DNA of 64,000 nucleotides from contig OY843751.1 of the NCBI GenBank assembly GCA_963693055.1, positions 3,168,001 through 3,232,000 of the forward strand, in the 5' to 3' direction. The position numbers were made by a program, and so were the translations under genes. The DNA comes from a bacterium. Lineage in GTDB: Bacteria; Zhuqueibacterota; Zhuqueibacteria; Residuimicrobiales; Krinioviventaceae. Below, in pieces: positions 57,764 to 64,000 of the stretch (position 1 is the first letter of the stretch; each line of letters begins with the position of its first letter). The notes under the pieces are model-generated. The model saw only the letters and a program-made list of their open reading frames with translations, was not told the origin of the DNA and did not search any database.

Positions 57764-59329
57764 TTAACCTTCCGACAACCAGGCACGAATCAATTGTGCC
57801 GTCATACTTGGATTATTAACAATATAATTTGAGATGTCTTCATTACGCTGCAATGGACCAGCTGTAGCTTTTTCAATTTCTTCCAAAAAGTCTATATCAT
57901 CTTCCTCAGGCGCTTCAAGTGATCCTGCCATTTCAGAATCATAATCACCACCTTCAAGTTGATGAGTAGTATCTCCAAAAATCTCTCTTCTACCTTTATT
58001 CATTCTAGCTCTGAATATTATAAATCCTACAATTAGCAGTAAAACTGTTGCTGCTTTTTGAATAAGATCTCCCCATTTTTCCCAGAAGGTTATCTGTTTG
58101 TTCAATTCTTCAAGGGTTAACCAGGTTTGACCTTCAAACGCAAGATTGTGTACAACCAGCTGATCGCCACGATCTTCACTAATACCAATTGCATTGCGTG
58201 TTAATGTTTCAATTTGAGAAATTTCTTCAGGTGTACGGGGGCTGTATTCAATAACCGTTTCACCATCTTCATTGGTTGTTTTTACCTGACGGTCATTTAA
58301 TGTTACAGCAACTGAAAGACGTTTAATGCTACCAATATCTTCAATGATATGTTCAACAGATTTTGCCAATTGGTAATTTGTTACAATATGTTCTACATTA
58401 TTTTCACCATAATTGGCAGAATCAGAAGCAGTCTGAGTTTCAGTTTCTTCTGACAATACAACAGTATTTTCAGGATCATAAATTTCATTTGTCTTTTCAA
58501 TACGACGAAAATCAAGTTCAGCAGTAGCTCTTACAATAGAATTCCCCTGACCCAAAAATTGGTCAAGCATAGTTTGAGCTTTATCTTCAAGGTATGATTC
58601 CAGTTGAGATTGCAGTTGTAACTGACTTTCATTTAATGCTGCAATTGAATCAGACTTGCGATTTTTGGTAAGAATATTACCTTTATCATCAACAATGGTA
58701 ACATTTTCATTATCAAGTCCTTCAACACTACCTGCAACCAGTTGAGCAATACCTCGTATATGTTCTTCACTTAAACGGGCTCGGCCTTTTAAAAGCAAAA
58801 AGATAGATGCGGAAGGATCTTCCTGGTCTTCTTTGAAAACACGTTCTTTGGGGAAAACGAGGTGTACGCGTGCTTTTTCAACTTCTTCCATAGACTGGAT
58901 AGTTCGGCATAATTCGCCTTCAATAGCACGTCGATAGTTTAATTGTTGAACAAATTCAGATACGCCAATATCGTTTTTATCGAAAAGCTCATATCCGAAT
59001 CCGGTTGAATTTGCAGGTAAACCATTTGAGGCCAGCTTCATTCTGGCTTCATAAAGTTCTTTCCGGGGGATCATTAATCCCCGGCCACCCTGGGTAATTT
59101 TATAAGATATATTTTCAGCTTCAAGTTGATCTATTACAGCCTGTGCATCGGAAGGTTCTAGTTCAGTCATCAATAAAGCATAATCTGGCTTAACAGCCCA
59201 ATTGATCACTCCACCCAGCAACACAAAAGCCATAACAAACACAAGAATAATAGTTGCGCGCTGTGCCATTGTCAAATTAACAAACGGCTCCGCAAAGCGC
59301 TCCCGTAGAACACTCAATAATTCAGCCAT
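57764..59329 (-). CDS. fliF: MS-ring protein FliF
   Basis: GYELFD, YRRAIEGEL.RTI, ARVHLV.P, PSASI, RLSVAV, RGDQL.V, IRAWL. Confidence 0.97.
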   Translation of the reverse strand: MAELLSVLRERFAEPFVNLTMAQRATIILVFVMAFVLLGGVINWAVKPDYALLMTELEPSDAQAVIDQLEAENISYKITQGGRGLMIPRKELYEARMKLASNGLPANSTGFGYELFDKNDIGVSEFVQQLNYRRAIEGELCRTIQSMEEVEKARVHLVFPKERVFKEDQEDPSASIFLLLKGRARLSEEHIRGIAQLVAGSVEGLDNENVTIVDDKGNILTKNRKSDSIAALNESQLQLQSQLESYLEDKAQTMLDQFLGQGNSIVRATAELDFRRIEKTNEIYDPENTVVLSEETETQTASDSANYGENNVEHIVTNYQLAKSVEHIIEDIGSIKRLSVAVTLNDRQVKTTNEDGETVIEYSPRTPEEISQIETLTRNAIGISEDRGDQLVVHNLAFEGQTWLTLEELNKQITFWEKWGDLIQKAATVLLLIVGFIIFRARMNKGRREIFGDTTHQLEGGDYDSEMAGSLEAPEEDDIDFLEEIEKATAGPLQRNEDISNYIVNNPSMTAQLIRAWLSEG

Positions 59330-59370
59330 GTTTCCCTTTTCAATATTAAACTACAAAAACTCACTTATTC

Positions 59371-59676
59371 TTACATTTGCATTCGTGTGACCTCACGATA
59401 TGCTTCTATCAATCTGTTTCTTACCTCAAGTACCAATTCCAATCCAACACCGGCTTTTTCAGCAGCAATCATTACATCATGCACGTCCTCAATTTCCCCA
59501 GAAGCAAACTGCTCAGCTATTTCCCCTGCCTCTAATTGAGAATCATTGATCTCACCCAAAATCTGTTTAACCCGTGAACCAAAACTGCTCACATCTTGGT
59601 TCGGATTATTATTTCCCTTTTGGGGATTAATTTCGGGAAGTAATGAACTTCCTGTGATTGAATTAATGGAACTCAT
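59371..59676 (-). CDS. fliE: Basal body protein FliE
   Basis: DVHDVMIAAEKA...L...VRNRLIEAYREV.RMQM. Confidence 0.97.
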   Translation of the reverse strand: MSSINSITGSSLLPEINPQKGNNNPNQDVSSFGSRVKQILGEINDSQLEAGEIAEQFASGEIEDVHDVMIAAEKAGVGLELVLEVRNRLIEAYREVTRMQM

Positions 59677-59686
59677 ACATAAACTC

Positions 59687-60034
59687 TTATGTTGTTAAAT
59701 CCAGTTTTGTACCGATAGAGTAACTGTTAGATGCGGTGTTGTTCATCTTGTATGCATCTACTCCCCAATTACTGGAATTACCGGGGAACAGTTCTTGAAG
59801 CATTGATTTTTCTTCAGGCTCTATCACTTCATCCAATGTCTTTGGTAAATTTTGTAAACTAATATCAACATTTGCAGCTTTGGTAGTGGACTGTGCAGTC
59901 TGTGCTTTTGTTTGTGACTGCTGTGTTTGTACCTGATTCTGCTTTTGCACTTCAGCACCAGTACCCTTTTGGGCCTGCTGTTGAGGCATGCTTGATATCA
60001 TATTACGTGAATATGCACTGGATTCAATTCTCAT
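59687..60034 (-). CDS. Hypothetical Q/T-rich protein between flgC and fliE
   Basis: GAGG SD, fills the gap; disordered N-half; ends IGTKLDLTT. Confidence 0.75.
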   Translation of the reverse strand: MRIESSAYSRNMISSMPQQQAQKGTGAEVQKQNQVQTQQSQTKAQTAQSTTKAANVDISLQNLPKTLDEVIEPEEKSMLQELFPGNSSNWGVDAYKMNNTASNSYSIGTKLDLTT

Positions 60035-60054
60035 TATTTACCTCAAATTTATAA

Positions 60055-60552
60055 TTAAATTTCGAGTGCTTTTTTAAACATATCTTTGGCTGCATTAATT
60101 ACTGTAGCATTGGCTTCATAAGCTCTTGCCGCAGACATTAATTTCACCATTTCTTCAATTGAATTTATATCTGCAACTTCAACATATCCTTCTTCATTTG
60201 CATGAGGATGCTCAGGCGCATAAATCAATTTCGTATCACTGTTTTCAAGTTCATATGCTTCTGCACGCACACCTGTTTCTGTTTCGTTTGCGTTCAGCTT
60301 TTTTTGTATACCTTTCATATGCTGAGCATAAGAACGTACCAATCGGGTTTGAGACCGTTGCAAAGAGCCTTTAAATGAATCCTCTTCCCTTGCAATAAAC
60401 TCTAAATCTTTGGGTTTATAAGGTTCACCGGTCTTGCTATCTATACTTTCGGCATTTGCAATATTTTCAGCACGTACTTCGAGATTTTTGCGCTGTGCGC
60501 TTAAACCACTTCCGCTTATACCAAATACACCAAATATTTTTCCGATTGCCAT
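60055..60552 (-). CDS. flgC: Rod protein FlgC
   Basis: ISGSGLSAQR...AENIANA, Y.PEHPHAN.EGYV, EMV.LM.A.RAYEAN. Confidence 0.96.
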   Translation of the reverse strand: MAIGKIFGVFGISGSGLSAQRKNLEVRAENIANAESIDSKTGEPYKPKDLEFIAREEDSFKGSLQRSQTRLVRSYAQHMKGIQKKLNANETETGVRAEAYELENSDTKLIYAPEHPHANEEGYVEVADINSIEEMVKLMSAARAYEANATVINAAKDMFKKALEI

Positions 60553-60568
60553 AATTAAAACTCCCTGC

Positions 60569-60970
60569 TTATTTTCCGGTAATTGCTTTATGCAAAGATT
60601 TAAATTTTGCCGCAGTAATACGGGAAGTAGCAGAATAATACAACTGGTTTTCAGCTGTTTTTACCATTTCTTTATCAATATCAACATTGTTAACGCCACT
60701 TTCCAAAATCTTGGAATTATCTCTTTCAATTACAATATTTTCCGATGAACTGGAACCACCAATAGGAATATGTCTATAATCAGAACGGAGCGTTTCCAGT
60801 TTGCTTGTTTTGGCATTTAACAATTCCGTAAAATCCACATCTTTGGTTTGGTAACCAGGTGTATTAATATTTGAAATATTTTCTGCAATAGTACGTTGTC
60901 TAGCCGCAGAACCATCCAGCATGCGGTCGAACAGGGGTACATTTACTTTGTCAAATATGGCTTTAAACAT
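60569..60970 (-). CDS. flgB: Rod protein FlgB
   Basis: RQ..IAENISNINTPGY..KDV.F, NNVDIDKEM. Confidence 0.96.
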   Translation of the reverse strand: MFKAIFDKVNVPLFDRMLDGSAARQRTIAENISNINTPGYQTKDVDFTELLNAKTSKLETLRSDYRHIPIGGSSSSENIVIERDNSKILESGVNNVDIDKEMVKTAENQLYYSATSRITAAKFKSLHKAITGK

Positions 60971-61009
60971 GTTTACACCTAATAAAATTTATACCTACAG
61001 TGCAAAACT

Positions 61010-61025
61010 AGCAAGGCCTGTGCCA
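61010..61025 (-). promoter_or_regulatory. sigma54 promoter of the flgB operon
   Basis: TGGCACAGGCCTTGCT, canonical -24/-12, 39 nt upstream of flgB. Confidence 0.92.
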
Positions 61026-61046
61026 AATTGTTTGACACAGGCCTTG
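61012..61046 (-). terminator. 16-bp hairpin downstream of the activator gene, overlapping the flgB promoter
   Basis: mRNA CAAGGCCUGUGUCAAA-CAA-UUUGGCACAGGCCUUG; the single DNA mismatch is a U-G wobble on this strand; weak U tract. Confidence 0.6.
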
Positions 61047-61135
61047 TGTTTAAATTCATTGATTTTATTTAACTTATAACAGGATGGGTAAAATCAGAGG
61101 AAAAAATGGAGATTTTAAAGAGAAAAAAGTTACAG

Positions 61136-62506
61136 TTATTGGGAATTTTCTTCCCAAACCTGTTCGCCATAACTTTTTAATTTATTACGAAGTGTTTTAA
61201 CCGTTATACCCAAAGCGTGGGCTGCTTTTGTTTTATTATTACTAACCTTTTTAAGGGTCTTGAGAATCAAACGCCTTTCCGCTTCATAGATTGTCAAATC
61301 TTCATCAGCATTGAACAGATAATCAAAAAGATCACCATATTCATCAATAAATTCAAGGTCTTCGGCGGTAATTGTATTATCTTCTGCTATTACAGATACT
61401 TTTTCAATGGTATTTTGTAATTCACGAACATTTCCAGGCCAATCATATTCTGTCATTCTTTTCAAGGCATCTGAAGAGAAGGATTTTTCGAGGCCATGTT
61501 CGTCATTAACTCTATTAATAAAAAAGTCAACAAGCAATGGAATATCATCCTTGCGCTGTCTAAGAGACGGAACATTGATCTTTATAACATTTAATCTAAA
61601 ATACAAGTCTTTACGGAAACGACCCTCTTTAACTTCTTCACGCAGATCACGGTTTGTTGTTGCAATAACACGTGTATTAACTTTAATACTTTTAGCATCT
61701 CCCAAGCGTTCAAACTGTTTGGTTTGTAAAACACGTAACAATTTTGCTTGTAAGGTAAGCGGCATTTCACCAATTTCATCTAATAAAATGGTTCCGCCAT
61801 CCGCCTGCTCAAAGCGTCCCTTACGTCTCATATGTGCTCCTGTAAAAGCACCTTTCTCGTGACCAAACAATTCGCTTTCAATCAATGTTTCGGGTAGTGC
61901 TGCACAATTTACTTTAATATAAGGTTTATCTCTGCAAGTGCTAGCTTTATGAATAGCATCAGCAATTACCTCTTTACCAGCACCTGTTTCTCCTTCAATC
62001 AAAACACTGGCCTGGGTAGGAGCAACCCGACGAATCAAAGCCATAATATTCATCATGGTTTCAGATTTTCCAATTACCAGATCACTAAAGTCCTGGTTTG
62101 CAGGTTCTTGTTGTGCAGTAGCACGGGTTGCGGTATTTCTCTGTTTTAAAACACGACGGATGAGTTGCTGAATATCTTTTTTAGAATACGGTTTTGTAAG
62201 ATAATCAAATGCCCCTTTTCGCATGGCTTCAACAGCATTTTCTATTGAACCATAAGCAGTTCCAATTACAACATCAATTTCTGGTTTTACTTTTTTGATA
62301 TGTTCCAGTACTTTGATACCGCTTAATTCGGGGATTCGCAAATCCGTAAACACAATATCAAAATCTTTATCTTCTATTGCATTAATTGCTGCTTTTCCGT
62401 CACCTACACTGACTGTTGCACAATCAATATCTTTGATAACAACTTCTAAAAACTGTCTTACTGTAGGATCATCTTCAACAACAAGGACATTTGGGATTCC
62501 CTGCAT
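61136..62506 (-). CDS. NtrC-family sigma54 activator (FlrC/FlgR/FlbD-like): REC-AAA+-Fis HTH
   Basis: VVEDD, FTD, LTKP; GETGAGKE, ESELFGHEKGAFTGA, LDEIGE, WPGNVREL; NKTKAA..LGIT.KTLRNKL. Confidence 0.95.
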   Translation of the reverse strand: MQGIPNVLVVEDDPTVRQFLEVVIKDIDCATVSVGDGKAAINAIEDKDFDIVFTDLRIPELSGIKVLEHIKKVKPEIDVVIGTAYGSIENAVEAMRKGAFDYLTKPYSKKDIQQLIRRVLKQRNTATRATAQQEPANQDFSDLVIGKSETMMNIMALIRRVAPTQASVLIEGETGAGKEVIADAIHKASTCRDKPYIKVNCAALPETLIESELFGHEKGAFTGAHMRRKGRFEQADGGTILLDEIGEMPLTLQAKLLRVLQTKQFERLGDAKSIKVNTRVIATTNRDLREEVKEGRFRKDLYFRLNVIKINVPSLRQRKDDIPLLVDFFINRVNDEHGLEKSFSSDALKRMTEYDWPGNVRELQNTIEKVSVIAEDNTITAEDLEFIDEYGDLFDYLFNADEDLTIYEAERRLILKTLKKVSNNKTKAAHALGITVKTLRNKLKSYGEQVWEENSQ

Positions 62507-63237
62507 TATTCTCTCCCAGGTAATTTAGGTATAATTATACTCACTTTTGTTCCAATTTTATCTTTACTTTCGATAGATATATCACCTTTATGTAACATAA
62601 TATAATTTCTTGAAATAACCAAACCTAAACCACGTCCATTATGTTTGGTAGTGAAAAATGGTGTAAAAAGTTTACCAAAGTTTTGTTTTTTTATGCCAGT
62701 ACCAGTATCTTGAATTACAAGTGCAATTGCTTCTCGATTTTCATGGTTAATAATTTCAGAAGTAATATAAATTAAACCATGATTTTTTACCGCATCAACC
62801 GCATTATCAAGTATATTTACTATTGTACTTTGCAATAAAATCAAATCAGCCCAAATATAAACATTATTATCTAAAAAATCTAATTTATAATCAATTTCTT
62901 TATCAATAAAATATTGCCGAACGACTTGTTCAACAAAAGATGCAAAATGCAATTTGATAAATGACGGATTAATGGGCCGCGTCAACAAATAAAGATCTTC
63001 AATAAAGCTATCAATTCGTTGAATACAAGTATCAATCGTCTCAACTTTGGCTTCATCTATATGATCTTTCAACTCCTCTTTCAGGATCGAAACAGTACCT
63101 GCAATACCTGCAAGCGGATTTCTTATCTCATCGGCTATTGAATCAGCCATTTGAGATAAAAAATTATAAAATGCCGGATTTAGATGATTCACCTGATCGG
63201 AAACAATGATATCATCAAAAGTCTCAATTTTTTTCAT
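62506..63237 (-). CDS. Sensor-less HisKA/HATPase_c protein with His-to-Asp in the H box (pseudokinase)
   Basis: IADEIRNPL (canonical IAHEIRNPL), NILDNA.DA, DTGTGI, LFTPFFTTK, GRGLGL. Confidence 0.88.
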   Translation of the reverse strand: MKKIETFDDIIVSDQVNHLNPAFYNFLSQMADSIADEIRNPLAGIAGTVSILKEELKDHIDEAKVETIDTCIQRIDSFIEDLYLLTRPINPSFIKLHFASFVEQVVRQYFIDKEIDYKLDFLDNNVYIWADLILLQSTIVNILDNAVDAVKNHGLIYITSEIINHENREAIALVIQDTGTGIKKQNFGKLFTPFFTTKHNGRGLGLVISRNYIMLHKGDISIESKDKIGTKVSIIIPKLPGRE

Positions 63238-63263
63238 AAATAATAGTCAGTCAATGTGTAAAT

Positions 63264-63590
63264 TTATTTATCAATAACCAATGATTGGGTGTCATCGTGG
63301 TAATCCAAATCAATATTAATGACTTGGCCACATACACAGGTTACTTTGATAGCAGAAATAGAGTCTCCATCCTTTACCAGTTCAATTTCTGGTTGAACAT
63401 CTCCATGCGACATGTGGTTTCCTTGAAATGTCGTTATCGGTGGAGTATTACCATTCTTATTATTACTGGCAGGAATTTCTTCCTTTTTCACAATTTTGTT
63501 TCCACTTTTGGAAAAATCATTTCCATTGGAATTTTGATTTAACCAATCCGTTAAATCCTGAAAAGAGACTTTGTCATTCTGTTTCTTCAA
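63264..63590 (-). CDS. Hypothetical protein with C-terminal CxCG beta domain
   Basis: TTG start behind AAGG; IELVKDGD.ISAIKVTCVCGQVINIDLDY. Confidence 0.7.
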   Translation of the reverse strand: MKKQNDKVSFQDLTDWLNQNSNGNDFSKSGNKIVKKEEIPASNNKNGNTPPITTFQGNHMSHGDVQPEIELVKDGDSISAIKVTCVCGQVINIDLDYHDDTQSLVIDK

Positions 63591-63629
63591 AGCTAACCTT
63601 GTACTTTAGACAGTCCACTAGACTCTTTC

Positions 63630-63645
63630 ACCAAAGAATGTGCCA
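63630..63645 (-). promoter_or_regulatory. sigma54 promoter of the orphan-kinase-activator operon
   Basis: TGGCACATTCTTTGGT (-12 TTGG variant), 39 nt upstream of the start, same distance as at flgB. Confidence 0.65.
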
Positions 63646-63678
63646 AAAAAAATGCCGCGCTGGCAAATAGAACGCGGC
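63645..63678 (-). terminator. Intrinsic terminator insulating the cluster from the upstream gene
   Basis: GCCGCGUU-N9-AGCGCGGC followed by AUUUUUUUU. Confidence 0.65.
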
Positions 63679-63892
63679 GTATAAGAAGGCCATCTTGATA
63701 TTGTGTTGGATTAAGCCAGCCAGTAAAAAATTCAACACATAAACTATTATTTACATTACAATATAGTCTATTTTAGTTTTATTTGCAAATAAAAACATAA
63801 TTTTTAATTTGATGAATATTATTTTAATTCAACAAATTTTATTTCACTAGAGTTACCGGGTATATTTTACCCATTCCTATACAAAACGAATT

Positions 63893-64000
63893 TTACAGTA
63901 ATGTAACAGGTTTGTGTTTTGCTAGAAAATCGGGATCAATAGTAATACCTAATCCCGGGCCTGTGGGTACTGTAACTTTTCCATTTTCACTTTTTAGTGA
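63893..64000 (-). CDS. 3' end of a mandelate racemase/muconate lactonising enzyme (enolase superfamily) gene, partial
   Basis: Hand translation: SLKSENGKVTVPTGPGLGITIDPDFLAKHKPVTLL*; VPxGPGLG is the typical MR/MLE C-terminal motif. Confidence 0.75.
   Translation of the reverse strand, partial: SLKSENGKVTVPTGPGLGITIDPDFLAKHKPVTLL

Noticed and set aside
59687-60034. Annotation as FlgM
   Set aside because: Lacks the conserved FlgM C-terminal sigma28-binding motif; kept as orphan.
252-63670. The many plus-strand and alternative-frame ORFs of 60-173 aa in the track
   Set aside because: They lie antisense to or inside well-supported minus-strand genes and show no recognisable motifs; treated as shadow ORFs.
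1-64000. CRISPR arrays, tRNA/rRNA, IS elements, prophage or defence genes
   Set aside because: None seen; intergenic gaps are short and accounted for by promoters and hairpins.

Overview
Almost the whole window is one co-oriented (all minus strand) flagellar and chemotaxis supercluster of about 66 genes from an AT-rich diderm bacterium (P/L rings present; by gene style possibly FCB group such as KSB1/Calditrichota/Ignavibacteria, not determinable here). In transcription order: CxCG orphan, sensor-less histidine kinase, sigma54 activator | flgBC-orf-fliEFGHIJ-motE-fliK-flgD-TIGR02530-like orf-flgE | motAB-fliL | fliMNOPQR-flhBAFG-orf-fliA-orf, then cheY-cheX-cheA-mcp-cheW-mcp-parA-cheW-RR-cheR-cheD-cheY-cheX-cheB | RR-flgFGAHIJNKL-fliW-csrA-TPR and two glycosyltransferases | fliC-fliS-fliD-flaG-fliT-like (partial). 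The 3' end of an enolase-superfamily gene marks the right border. Regulatory sites readable from the DNA: four sigma54 promoters, three to four sigma28 promoters, a candidate enhancer motif and a CsrA hairpin in the fliC leader. I saw no tRNA, rRNA, CRISPR or IS elements. Most notable: (1) a GC-rich two-hairpin RNA with a GA-NN-GA-NN-GA loop in the flgE leader, directly behind a small protein with RelE/DUF4258-like motifs, which could be a protein-RNA switch for hook synthesis; (2) a His-to-Asp pseudokinase next to the sigma54 activator; (3) parallel degeneration of FlhF GTPase motifs, the FlhG membrane tail and the FliM CheY-binding peptide; (4) a 1402-aa FliK; (5) a ParA/CheW array-positioning pair; (6) a C-terminal motif shared by FlaG and two orphans; (7) no flgM in the window. 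All family assignments come from motif recognition by eye; no searches were run.
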